Source: Bdellovibrionota bacterium (GTDB lineage Bacteria; Bdellovibrionota_C; UBA2361; JBIKWN01). From it: a stretch of DNA of 64,000 nt. Under the pieces are notes generated by a model that was not told where the DNA came from, ran no database searches, and was given only the letters and a program-made list of their open reading frames with translations. Where the stretch lies: contig JBIKWN010000001.1 in assembly GCA_044356295.1 (NCBI GenBank), forward strand, positions 32,001 to 96,000, in the 5' to 3' direction. The first letter of the stretch is position 1; the number at the start of each line of letters is the position of its first letter. The translations under genes were made by a program, and so were the position numbers. This document shows positions 50,226 through 59,567 of this stretch, one piece after another.

Positions 50226-52871
50226 CTACTGAACTAACTCTAAAAACCGCTTCAGTCCTGCTTCAATCCCAGATAATTGAAGTCCACCTGCTTGTGCAAA
50301 ATCAGCACGCCCTCCACCCTTTCCACCAGCAGCCATGGCAGCTTCTTTGATAAGGTTTCCTGCATGAACAGTTTTTACAAGATCCGAAGTGACTCCTGCA
50401 ACAAGGATGGCTGAATCACCACTTTTTGCAGCAAGAGCTACAATGCCCGATCCAAGCTTTAATCGAAGTCTATCAACAAGCGTTTTTAAAGTTTCTATGT
50501 CTGTTTCTGGAACCATTTCAACAATTACTTTAAATCCTTTGGAGGAAGTAATTGCATTGGTAGTTAGATCGCCAACGCTTGCTTGAGCTGCTTTTGTTTT
50601 TGAGCTTTCAAGCTCTTTCTCTAACAATTTAGTTCTTGCGATAAGTTTTTCAACACGGTCTTCGATAAGTCGCTCATCAGCTTTTAATGCCGCTGATAGT
50701 TTTCCTAGAATTGCTCTTCTGTCATTAAAGAAATCAAGCGCTGCGCTCCCTGCAACACACTCAATTCTTCTTGTACCAGCAGAAATACCACTTTCAGAAA
50801 GAATAGAGATTAAACCAATATTTCCAGAATTACCGACATGCGTTCCTCCGCAAAACTCAAGCGACCGATCTCCGATCTGTACAACGCGAACGGTAGAGCC
50901 ATACTTTTCACCGAATAAAGCAGTTGCTCCAGTTTTCTTTGCCTCTTCTATATTCATAACTTTTGTTTCGACTGGAAAGGAATTTCTGAGATATTCATTT
51001 GCAAATGATTCTATCTCTGAAAGTGTTGCCGATGTGACAGCTTCATAATGTGAATAATCAAAACGAAGACTTGATTCTGAAACTCGAGAGCCCGCTTGTT
51101 TTACGTGGTCTCCTAAATACTTTTTAAGAGCAGTGTGTATAACGTGTGTTGCTGAATGGTGAGCTCGGATTCGGCTTCTTCGGTCACTATCGACTGAAAG
51201 CGCTGCAACTTTTCCAATATAGCCACTTGAAAAGTGACCTTCTTTTATCTCTGCAGTATGAACTATAAATCCATCTTGGATTTTTTGAGTATCAATCACT
51301 TCTAGACGAAGATCTGAGAATACTATTTCACCAGTATCCCCAACTTGACCACCAGATTCAGCATAAAAAGGAGTTTCTTTAAAGCAGAGCTGAATAAGTG
51401 AGCCAACTCCTCCAGTACCTTCTGCTATCTCAGCAAACGTGAGTACAGATTCAGCAAAAAGATTTTCATATCCAATAAAGATAGATTTTTCACCTGATAT
51501 TGTAGAGCCAGTATATTGAATTCCTTTTGATTTCCTATCCTCTCTTGAGCGAGTTTTTTGCTCATTCATTGCCTTGGTAAAAGCAGCACCATTAACTTTA
51601 AACCCATCAACTTTTAGTGCGTCCTCTGTTAAATCAAGTGGAAATCCAAATGTATCATGTAATAAAAATGCAGTTTCTCCAGGAAAAAGGTCACCTTTTT
51701 TGAGTTTTTCAACTTCCTTTCGAAGCACTTCTAATCCACCGCCAAGTGTTTCATGAAATTTTTTCTCTTCGCTTTCGACAACTTTTTTTATGAGCGATTC
51801 TCTTTCACGAAGTTCTGGATACGTATCGCCCATGAGGCTAATAACTTCTGTGCATACAGAGGCTAGAAATGATTCTTTCAGATCTAAGCTTTGAGCATGA
51901 CGAACAGCACGCCTTAGAATTCTGCGAAGAACATATCCACGACCATCGCTACCTGGATTGACTCCATCTGCAATCAAAAAAGAAATTGTTCTACAGTGAT
52001 CTGCAATGACACGCATTGCAACATCTCTTGCATATGGTTTATCTGTTTTTAGATCACGCACTTCATATGATGAGCCATCATAGGTAAAGCCTGAAAGTGA
52101 TTCGACTTTTGAAATTAAAGAACGAAGTAAATCAGAATCATAATTTGATTTCTTACCTTGCATTACCGATGCAATTCTTTCTAGCCCCATTCCCGTATCA
52201 ACAGAAGGTTTAGGAAGTGGTACAAGGGTTCCATCGACAGAGCGATTAAACTGCATGAAGACAAGGTTCCAAATTTCAAGGTAGGAACCATCGTCTTTTA
52301 AAAACCCTTCTTTGCTTTGACTGGAAAGATCTTCCCCTAAGAAGTAATGAATCTCTGTGCATGGTCCACATGGTCCGGTGTCACCCATCGCCCAAAAATT
52401 ATCTTTCGCACCTAGTTTTAAAATTCTTCCATCAAGGACTGATGTTTCTTTTTTCCAAAGCTCTCCGGCTTCGTCATCATCTTCAAAGATTGTTACCCAA
52501 AGTCTTTCCTTAGGAAGCTTTAAGTTTTCAGTTAAAAATTCCCAAGCAAAACGAATAGCTTCTTTTTTAAAATAATCACCAAAAGAGAAATTACCGAGCA
52601 TTTCAAAAAATGTATGATGCCTTGCTGTAACTCCAATATTTTCTAAGTCATTGTGCTTACCAGAAACACGCATACACTTTTGACAGGTTGTGGCTCGAAC
52701 ATACTCTCTTTTTTCACCACCAAGAAAACAGTCCTTAAACTGATTCATCCCCGCATTAGAAAATAACAGAGTAGGATCGTTTGAGGGGACAAGTGATGAA
52801 CTCCCTACAACCGTATGCTGTTTGGACTTAAAAAACTCAAGAAAACTCTTTCTAACTTCGCTGCCTTTCAT
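50226..52871 (-). CDS. alaS: Alanine--tRNA ligase (true start MKGSEVRK at 52871)
   Basis: LLFSNAGMNQFK, RHHTFFEMLGNFSFGDYFK, DTGMGLER, HSATH/CGGTH editing site, GGKGGGR. Confidence 0.98.
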   Translation of the reverse strand: MKGSEVRKSFLEFFKSKQHTVVGSSSLVPSNDPTLLFSNAGMNQFKDCFLGGEKREYVRATTCQKCMRVSGKHNDLENIGVTARHHTFFEMLGNFSFGDYFKKEAIRFAWEFLTENLKLPKERLWVTIFEDDDEAGELWKKETSVLDGRILKLGAKDNFWAMGDTGPCGPCTEIHYFLGEDLSSQSKEGFLKDDGSYLEIWNLVFMQFNRSVDGTLVPLPKPSVDTGMGLERIASVMQGKKSNYDSDLLRSLISKVESLSGFTYDGSSYEVRDLKTDKPYARDVAMRVIADHCRTISFLIADGVNPGSDGRGYVLRRILRRAVRHAQSLDLKESFLASVCTEVISLMGDTYPELRERESLIKKVVESEEKKFHETLGGGLEVLRKEVEKLKKGDLFPGETAFLLHDTFGFPLDLTEDALKVDGFKVNGAAFTKAMNEQKTRSREDRKSKGIQYTGSTISGEKSIFIGYENLFAESVLTFAEIAEGTGGVGSLIQLCFKETPFYAESGGQVGDTGEIVFSDLRLEVIDTQKIQDGFIVHTAEIKEGHFSSGYIGKVAALSVDSDRRSRIRAHHSATHVIHTALKKYLGDHVKQAGSRVSESSLRFDYSHYEAVTSATLSEIESFANEYLRNSFPVETKVMNIEEAKKTGATALFGEKYGSTVRVVQIGDRSLEFCGGTHVGNSGNIGLISILSESGISAGTRRIECVAGSAALDFFNDRRAILGKLSAALKADERLIEDRVEKLIARTKLLEKELESSKTKAAQASVGDLTTNAITSSKGFKVIVEMVPETDIETLKTLVDRLRLKLGSGIVALAAKSGDSAILVAGVTSDLVKTVHAGNLIKEAAMAAGGKGGGRADFAQAGGLQLSGIEAGLKRFLELVQ

Positions 52872-52894
52872 AAACAGCCCATTATGCCCAGCTA

Positions 52895-52923
52895 TTGTGA
52901 TAGCTACAATTAAACAGTATAAT
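52895..52923 (+). promoter_or_regulatory. sigma70 promoter of the TetR-efflux operon
   Basis: TTGTGA-N17-TATAAT. Confidence 0.7.
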
Positions 52924-52953
52924 TCAAACGCCCGTTTGAATCGCTTGTTTAAT
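52909..52953. promoter_or_regulatory. Palindromic TetR operator
   Basis: ATTCAAACG-cc-CGTTTGAAT (52922-52941) nested within ATTAAACA...TGTTTAAT, overlapping the -10/+1 region. Confidence 0.8.
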
Positions 52954-53586
52954 ATGAATGATGATATAAAAGATACCAGACTAAAGCTTTTAGAGATTGC
53001 GGGTGAAGTCTTTGCTGAAGAGGGATTTAGGCTCGCAACCGTTCGAGAAATCTGTAAACGTGCAAATACTAATATCGCTGCTATCAACTATCACTTCGGG
53101 GATAAAGAGAAGCTTTATGAGGAAGTTTTTCGATATATTCATGCCTTTGAGTGTAGTTCACCTGAGCCAGAAAAAGAGCTCATCGATATCAATAAAGATC
53201 CCAAAGGTGCTCTTAATCAGTTTATAGACGAGATGCTTTGTCGAATGCTCAATCCTGGAAAGTTTTCTTGGAAAGGAACACTTATGGCGAGAGAGATGGT
53301 TGAGCCGTCCCCAGCGCTAGACGTTATCATTGAGCTTTGGATTAATCCTTGTTGGAATCGACTAAAAGAAATCACTTCTTCAATTATTAATAAACCAATA
53401 ACTTCTCATGAAAATCATATCGCTGCATCCTCTGTCATGGCTCAGTGTTTTTTTCATAAACATGCAACTGCAGTGCTTACAAAAGTAAATTCAGAGTTTG
53501 TATACAATCCTGAGCAGATCGATCTGCTTTCAAAATATCTTTCCGCTTTTGCTTTCGGGGGCCTCGAAGCCGTTAAAAACCTATGA
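52954..53586 (+). CDS. TetR-family regulator (CecR/YbiH-like, DUF1956 C-terminus)
   Basis: TRLKLLEIAGEVFAEEGF..ATVREIC..A..NIAAINYHFGDKEKLY, REMVEPS; ATG 52954. Confidence 0.93.
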   Translation: MNDDIKDTRLKLLEIAGEVFAEEGFRLATVREICKRANTNIAAINYHFGDKEKLYEEVFRYIHAFECSSPEPEKELIDINKDPKGALNQFIDEMLCRMLNPGKFSWKGTLMAREMVEPSPALDVIIELWINPCWNRLKEITSSIINKPITSHENHIAASSVMAQCFFHKHATAVLTKVNSEFVYNPEQIDLLSKYLSAFAFGGLEAVKNL

Positions 53587-54746
53587 TGCATATTGCAATC
53601 AAAATGCTCGTAGGGAACCGAGGAAAGTACTTCGGCATGGTCTTTGGTGTATTCCTCTCTGCAATGATTATTACCCAGCAATCATCAATCTTCACAGGAC
53701 TTATGTCTCGAACCTTTGGGTTTTTAGTAGATACAAAATATCCAGATATCTGGGTGATGGATCCAATGGCTCAGTATGTAGATGATTTCAAGCCTATGAC
53801 TGATACAAAACTGCTTCAGGTTCGAGGAATTGAAGGTGTTGCGTGGGCAGTACCACTCTATAAAGGATTATTAAGAGCAAGACTAGAGGATGGAAGTTTT
53901 CAACAAACAAATGTTATTGGTCTCGATGATGCTTCATTAACAGGAGCACCACCTATCATGCTTCAAGGTAATGTTTCAGATCTTAGAAGATCAGATGGAA
54001 TCATTATTGATGAAGCAGGTAATCAAAAAAGATTTGCAAAAAAAAACCCAATACCAGGTGGCCCTAAAATCCCACTAAAGATTGGCGATACTTTAGAAAT
54101 CAACGATAAACGTGGAGTCGTTGTTGGTATCACAAAAGTCCAAAGGACGTTTCAAACTAATCCTGTCATTTATACTACCTACACGCGTGCTTTGAGCTTT
54201 GCTCCGAAAGAAAGAAAGTCATTAACTTATATTTTGGTTAAGGTAAAAAAAGGACAAGACCTAAACGAAGTAGCAAACAGAATAACAAAACTTACCAAAC
54301 TTAAAGCTGTTACAAACGACGTATTTGCTGATTCAACAGTACAATATTTTTTAAAAAATACTGGGATTCCAATTAACTTCGGCATTGCAGTTATTCTTGG
54401 GCTTATTATCGGCACTGCAATCTGCGGGCAAACATTTTATAGCTTTACCCTAGATAATGTTCGCTATTTTGGAGCCCTCAAAGCGATGGGTGCTTCGAAT
54501 TTCGTTTTACTAAAAATGATTTTTCTTCAAGCAATCATTGTTGGATGTATTGGATACGGCGCAGGAACAGGAGTTGCATCACTTTTTTATTATCTCTCAA
54601 AGAATAGCGAACTTGCATTTAGATTAACCTGGCAAATACTCGCTATCACTGGATGTGCCGTAACGTTTACCTGTCTTGTTGCAGCTCTTCTTTCGATGCT
54701 CAAAGTATTTTTTCTTGAACCGGCTATCGTGTTTAAGGGGGAATAA
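53583..54746 (+). CDS. ABC exporter permease (DevC/FtsX-like)
   Basis: N-terminal TM, periplasmic domain (DIWVMD), three C-terminal TMs, FGALKAMGA, LEPAIVFK. Confidence 0.9.
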   Translation: MMHIAIKMLVGNRGKYFGMVFGVFLSAMIITQQSSIFTGLMSRTFGFLVDTKYPDIWVMDPMAQYVDDFKPMTDTKLLQVRGIEGVAWAVPLYKGLLRARLEDGSFQQTNVIGLDDASLTGAPPIMLQGNVSDLRRSDGIIIDEAGNQKRFAKKNPIPGGPKIPLKIGDTLEINDKRGVVVGITKVQRTFQTNPVIYTTYTRALSFAPKERKSLTYILVKVKKGQDLNEVANRITKLTKLKAVTNDVFADSTVQYFLKNTGIPINFGIAVILGLIIGTAICGQTFYSFTLDNVRYFGALKAMGASNFVLLKMIFLQAIIVGCIGYGAGTGVASLFYYLSKNSELAFRLTWQILAITGCAVTFTCLVAALLSMLKVFFLEPAIVFKGE

Positions 54747-54747
54747 C

Positions 54748-55446
54748 ATGGCGGCAATTTCATGCAGGAATATCGTAAAAAATTATGTATCAGGACAAAC
54801 GATAACTCCTGCACTCCAGGGAATAGATCTTGATATCAATGCAGGTGAGCTTTTCATGTTAGTTGGTCCTTCCGGATGTGGAAAAACAACACTGATATCA
54901 GTTATTGCAGGAATTTTAATGCAAGATTCCGGCGAATGTATGGTGCTTGGAAAAAATTTTAAAGAGATGAAAGACAGTGCAAGAACACACTTCCGTGGCG
55001 CTTCAATCGGATTTGTTTTTCAATCATTTAATCTTATCCCAACCCTTAATGCCCTTGAAAATGTATCAATCCCGCTTCTTTTATTAGGGGCAAGCAGAAA
55101 AACAGCAGAAGAAGCGGCTGCTAATATTCTTTCAAGAGTTGGGCTCTCTGGTCGAGAACGCTCACGACCTTCGCAGTTATCAGGTGGGCAACAGCAGCGT
55201 GTGGCAATTGCAAGAGCACTTGTTCATGATCCAAAAGTTATCGTCTGTGATGAGCCTACAAGCGCACTCGATAAAGATTCAGGTCACAGAATTATGGAAC
55301 TTTTTAGAGATGTTGCACTAAAAGACAACAGAACTCTTGTTATTGTTACACATGACAACAGAATTTTTTCATTTGCAGATCGCATTGCGTCTATGAGTGA
55401 TGGAAAAATAGAACAGGTTACATCTGAGGTAAATAATCTCCATTAA
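54748..55446 (+). CDS. ABC transporter ATP-binding protein (DevA/LolD-like)
   Basis: GPSGCGKTT, LSGGQQQRVAIARA, CDEPT, VTHD. Confidence 0.93.
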   Translation: MAAISCRNIVKNYVSGQTITPALQGIDLDINAGELFMLVGPSGCGKTTLISVIAGILMQDSGECMVLGKNFKEMKDSARTHFRGASIGFVFQSFNLIPTLNALENVSIPLLLLGASRKTAEEAAANILSRVGLSGRERSRPSQLSGGQQQRVAIARALVHDPKVIVCDEPTSALDKDSGHRIMELFRDVALKDNRTLVIVTHDNRIFSFADRIASMSDGKIEQVTSEVNNLH

Positions 55447-55455
55447 TAAAAATTT

Positions 55456-56403
55456 ATGAATACTATTCCAATGACAATTATATCGTTCTTAAAAAAAGGG
55501 GCTCAACTTCTAGGAACCTACCTCATTCCAGTTATTGCTGTGATTGGTTTCCTTACAGCACTTTCAGTAGTTCGTGCAGGAAATCAACCACCTCCAACGT
55601 CTGCTCCAGTTATTGAACCTGCAATTGCTCCCTTTGAATATTACGTTGCCGGTGCAGGGCTTGTTGAATCGAGTGGAGAAAATATTGCAATTTCGGCACA
55701 GGTTCCAGGTGTTATAGAAAATATTTTTGTATCAGTTGGACAAAAAGTAATAAAAGATGAGCCTCTTTTTCAGATCGATACCAAAGCAGCAAAAGCGCTT
55801 GTTGAAACACGTTTAGCATCTGTAGAAGTTTCAAAAGCCCAGAGTACTGACGCGAAGAATCAGCTTGATTTCATCACATCACTTTCCGATAAAAGAGCCG
55901 TTAGCGTTGAAGAACTTACAAAAAGAAAAAACGCTTTTTTCATATCGCAAGCAAAACTTCAGTTAGCAGAAAAAGAGCTCGAAGCTGCAAAGACCGATCT
56001 TGAAAGACTAATAGTTCGCGCCCCAAGAGACGGAACAGCGCTTCGAATCAATACTAGACCGGGTGAATTTGCTGCTGCACAAAATATGGCAGCCCCGTTA
56101 TTAATATTTGGAAATATCGAACAACTCTGGGTGCGTGTTGATATCGATGAAAACGATGCATGGCGTGTAAAGGAAAATGCAAAAGCAGTGGGAAGCCTCC
56201 GCGGCAATGCTTCCATGAAAACGAATCTTGAGTTTGTCCGATTTGAACCCTATGTCATTCCCAAAAAATCACTTACCGGTGATAATTCAGAGCGCGTTGA
56301 TACAAGGGTCCTTCAGGTGATCTATTCTTTTAACCCAAAGACATTACCTGTGTTTGTCGGACAACTTATGGATATTTATATTGAAGGTGAAAGAAATGGT
56401 TAA
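55456..56403 (+). CDS. Efflux membrane fusion protein (DevB/HlyD-like)
   Basis: TM anchor, GAGLVE, lipoyl halves, SERVDTRVLQV. Confidence 0.88.
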   Translation: MNTIPMTIISFLKKGAQLLGTYLIPVIAVIGFLTALSVVRAGNQPPPTSAPVIEPAIAPFEYYVAGAGLVESSGENIAISAQVPGVIENIFVSVGQKVIKDEPLFQIDTKAAKALVETRLASVEVSKAQSTDAKNQLDFITSLSDKRAVSVEELTKRKNAFFISQAKLQLAEKELEAAKTDLERLIVRAPRDGTALRINTRPGEFAAAQNMAAPLLIFGNIEQLWVRVDIDENDAWRVKENAKAVGSLRGNASMKTNLEFVRFEPYVIPKKSLTGDNSERVDTRVLQVIYSFNPKTLPVFVGQLMDIYIEGERNG

Positions 56404-57877
56404 TTTTCAAAATTCAACAAAAAAACTCTCAAGCATTGTATTAATCGCAATATTTAGTGGATGTAGTCTTATTCCTTCAGTAGGTCCTGACTATGAGCGT
56501 CCAGCTGATCCAACAGTTGCAGGCTGGATTCTAGATGAAAATGGTCAGAAGCTTTTTTCCACAAGCATGGACAGCAGAGCAGCGTGGTGGAAAAAATTTA
56601 ACGATCCTGTACTTGATGACATTGTTAAAAAAGCAATTGATAAAAATCTTAATTTACAAATTGCTCAATCAAGACTTCAGCAAGCGCGTGCTGGCGAGTA
56701 CGGTGCTCTGTCAGCTTTTCTTCCGACAGTTGATGGAATATACGGTATGAATCGCCAGATTCAATCTCAAAGAACCCCCTTTGGACAGTTTATTCCTAAT
56801 ATTATTAACCAATATCAATTAGGTGGAGACGCTGCATGGGAGATCGATATATTTGGTGGAAACCGCAGAGGTCTTGAAGCAGCAGAAAGCATTACTGAAG
56901 CTGCCGAAGCAGGTCTTGACGATACTGGTGTCACCATTGCATCAGAAGTTGCAAAAAACTATTTAGAGTACCGCGCATTTTCAAGAAGAGTCTTGATTGC
57001 CGAGAGCAATAAAAGAACACAGCTTAGCTCGTTAGATCTTGTTCAAGCTAAATTTGATGCAGGAGTTGTCAGTGAGCTAGACCTTCAACAACAAAAATCA
57101 CAGCTTGAAACTACGTCATCATTTATTCCTGCTCTTGTCGCCGCTCGTGAACAACGTCTGTATAGAGTCGCTGTTTTGCTAGGAGAAATTCCTCAAAGTT
57201 TCTCTATCACTGATGATGCCAAAAAGAATGATCCATTTACTTTTAGAGATGTTGTATCAGTATCTCTTCCAGCTGAGTACCTTCGGGTACGCCCTGATGT
57301 TCGAGTTGCTGAACGTCAACTTGCAGCTCAAACAGCAGAAATTGGTGTTGCGATTGCCGACATATTTCCTAAGGTAAATATTCTAGCAGGGATAGGTGTA
57401 CAATCTATCGATTCAAGTAAACTAACAGAAAGAGCAAGTAAGTATTGGTCGTTTAATCCAAGCGTTTCTATTCCAATTTTTCAACCAGGAAGAATCTTTG
57501 GTGCTATTAAAAATGCCAGAGCTAAAGCTGAAGAAGCATTAAAGAATTACGAAGTAACTGTATTAACTGCACTTGAAGACGGTCAAAACTCACTCAACGG
57601 TTATAAATATGGACTTGATAGAATTAGTAATCTTGAAGGTGCATACAATGCTAGTAAACGAGCCCTAGAAATTTCGCAAGATTTGTATGCTCAGGGGCTT
57701 ATTGATTTTCAACGAATTCTCGAATCACAAAGACAGGTATTTAGTGCAGAAGATAGCCTACTTCAAGGGCAGCTCGACACCTATCTTTCGGCAATTGCTG
57801 TTTACAAAGCTTTTGCAGGCGGACTTCCAAATGAAGAAGCAGTAGATTCTGAAAAAAAACCTAACGAAAGTGTTTAA
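56396..57877 (+). CDS. Outer-membrane efflux lipoprotein (NodT/OprM family)
   Basis: Lipobox FSGC, VGPDYERP, WWKKFNDPVL, WEIDIFG, RPDVRVAE, YKAFAGG. Confidence 0.93.
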   Translation: MVNFQNSTKKLSSIVLIAIFSGCSLIPSVGPDYERPADPTVAGWILDENGQKLFSTSMDSRAAWWKKFNDPVLDDIVKKAIDKNLNLQIAQSRLQQARAGEYGALSAFLPTVDGIYGMNRQIQSQRTPFGQFIPNIINQYQLGGDAAWEIDIFGGNRRGLEAAESITEAAEAGLDDTGVTIASEVAKNYLEYRAFSRRVLIAESNKRTQLSSLDLVQAKFDAGVVSELDLQQQKSQLETTSSFIPALVAAREQRLYRVAVLLGEIPQSFSITDDAKKNDPFTFRDVVSVSLPAEYLRVRPDVRVAERQLAAQTAEIGVAIADIFPKVNILAGIGVQSIDSSKLTERASKYWSFNPSVSIPIFQPGRIFGAIKNARAKAEEALKNYEVTVLTALEDGQNSLNGYKYGLDRISNLEGAYNASKRALEISQDLYAQGLIDFQRILESQRQVFSAEDSLLQGQLDTYLSAIAVYKAFAGGLPNEEAVDSEKKPNESV

Positions 57878-57894
57878 TTAGTAGTTTTTACATT

Positions 57895-58890
57895 ATGAAA
57901 AAACCAACACTTAAAGTTCAAATTCTTTTTTTATTAGTCTCTATAGCAGTAACTGGCTGCACAAAGAGTGCGCCAGTTCTTACAAAGAAAGCAGAGAGAA
58001 AAAGTATTGAAGAAGTCATTACAGGTGTAAATTCTGGAACAGTCCTAGCAGAGCAAGACACAGAACTTGCATTTGGGTCAGTCGGCAGAGTATCTGCACT
58101 TCATATTTCTTTAGGAGATACAGTTAAAAAAGGGGATGTGTTAGCTGAACTTGAAAATGACGACCTTAAAACAACTCTTTCAGTCGCATTAAAAGAAGAA
58201 TCAAGACAAAACAGCTTAAAAGATATTAAAGCTGTAAGCTCATCAGAGATAGATAAAGCCAGACAAGTAAGAAGCCTTGCAACGGTGGCACTTGAAAAAA
58301 CTTTTATACGAGCTCCCTTTGACGGATTTATTGCAGAGCTTAATTTAGAAGTAGGTCAGTTAGCCCAAATTACAGCCGTACTTCCAAAGCCCCCTATTCG
58401 ATTAGTTGATACAACAACTCGGTACATAAAAGTTCAATTCGATGAGATAGACCTTGTAAAAATAAAAGAGGGGACTCGTGCACGAATTAAACTTCTGGCT
58501 TCTCGAAGCGAACCTTTTGAAGGTGTTGTTCGAAGGGTTATCCCCTATATTAGCTCCATAAAAGAGCAAGATAGGACTGCTGAAATAGAGGTTACAATCA
58601 ATGCATCAACGCTTCTTCCCGTTGGGGCTTCTGCTGATGTAGAGCTTATTCTTAACAAAAAAGAGGGTGCATTAGTTGTTCCAACAAAATCAGTGCTTGG
58701 TAATTCAACAGGACGGTTCCTCTATCTTTTTAAAGATAATAAGGCAATCAAAACGAGTATTAAAGCCGGCATTACAAACTTTGATCAAATTGAAGTTCTA
58801 GAAGGAATAGGCGAGCAAGATCTTGTGATTGTACCTGATGACAAGAATGCGATTAAAGATGGGCAATCTGTCACGATAAGAGAATCGTAA
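57895..58890 (+). CDS. MacA-like efflux adaptor
   Basis: Lipobox-like VTGC, GDTVKKGDVLAEL, IRAPFDG, PVGASADV. Confidence 0.85.
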   Translation: MKKPTLKVQILFLLVSIAVTGCTKSAPVLTKKAERKSIEEVITGVNSGTVLAEQDTELAFGSVGRVSALHISLGDTVKKGDVLAELENDDLKTTLSVALKEESRQNSLKDIKAVSSSEIDKARQVRSLATVALEKTFIRAPFDGFIAELNLEVGQLAQITAVLPKPPIRLVDTTTRYIKVQFDEIDLVKIKEGTRARIKLLASRSEPFEGVVRRVIPYISSIKEQDRTAEIEVTINASTLLPVGASADVELILNKKEGALVVPTKSVLGNSTGRFLYLFKDNKAIKTSIKAGITNFDQIEVLEGIGEQDLVIVPDDKNAIKDGQSVTIRES

Positions 58891-59567
58891 TGACAACGGT
58901 TCTTTCTTTATCAAATATTTCAAAAGTATTTAAAAGAGGAGATGAGGAAGTACGTGCTCTCTCTGATATTTCTTTTTTAGTAGAAAACAAAGAATTTATT
59001 TCAATTACTGGCTCTTCAGGAAGTGGTAAATCGACTCTACTTTATTTGCTTGGGCTTCTCGATTCACCAACAAGCGGAAATTACTTACTCGACGGCATCA
59101 ATGTTTCAACCCTTGATGATAAAGCTCGAACAATTGTAAGAAATAAGAAGATAGGCTTTATTTTTCAAAGTTTTTTTCTGCTTCCAAGATATTCAGCCAT
59201 AGAGAATGTCGCCCTTCCACTCCAGTATTCTACTGATGCTCTTTCAAAAAAAGAGATATTTGAAAGAGCAAAAGAAAAACTCGTTGAAGTAGGGCTTGAA
59301 AATAGAATGTATCACCTACCTAATCAGCTCTCAGGTGGTCAAAGACAACGTGTCGCAATTGCAAGAGCACTTATCAATGAACCGACAATTCTTTTAGCAG
59401 ATGAGCCCACTGGAAATCTTGATTCAAAAACTGGGGAAGATATTTTAAATCTATTTTTTGAGCTCAATTCGCATGGCTCAACAATTATGTTAGTTACACA
59501 TGATACAGCGATTGCCAACCGTACTGGTCGTATCATCCAATTAAGAGATGGAAGGATTCAGGTATGA
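58890..59567 (+). CDS. MacB/LolD-type ABC ATP-binding protein
   Basis: GSSGSGKST, PNQLSGGQRQRVAIARA, ADEPTGNLD, VTHD. Confidence 0.93.
   Translation: MTTVLSLSNISKVFKRGDEEVRALSDISFLVENKEFISITGSSGSGKSTLLYLLGLLDSPTSGNYLLDGINVSTLDDKARTIVRNKKIGFIFQSFFLLPRYSAIENVALPLQYSTDALSKKEIFERAKEKLVEVGLENRMYHLPNQLSGGQRQRVAIARALINEPTILLADEPTGNLDSKTGEDILNLFFELNSHGSTIMLVTHDTAIANRTGRIIQLRDGRIQV

Noticed and set aside
52822..52953. N-terminal extension of TetR overlapping alaS
   Set aside because: It covers the promoter and operator. The HTH begins right after ATG 52954.
52872..53087. 72-aa N-terminal extension of AlaS in the ORF track
   Set aside because: It is antisense to the tetR gene and its promoter. Canonical AlaS begins MKGSEVRK at 52871.
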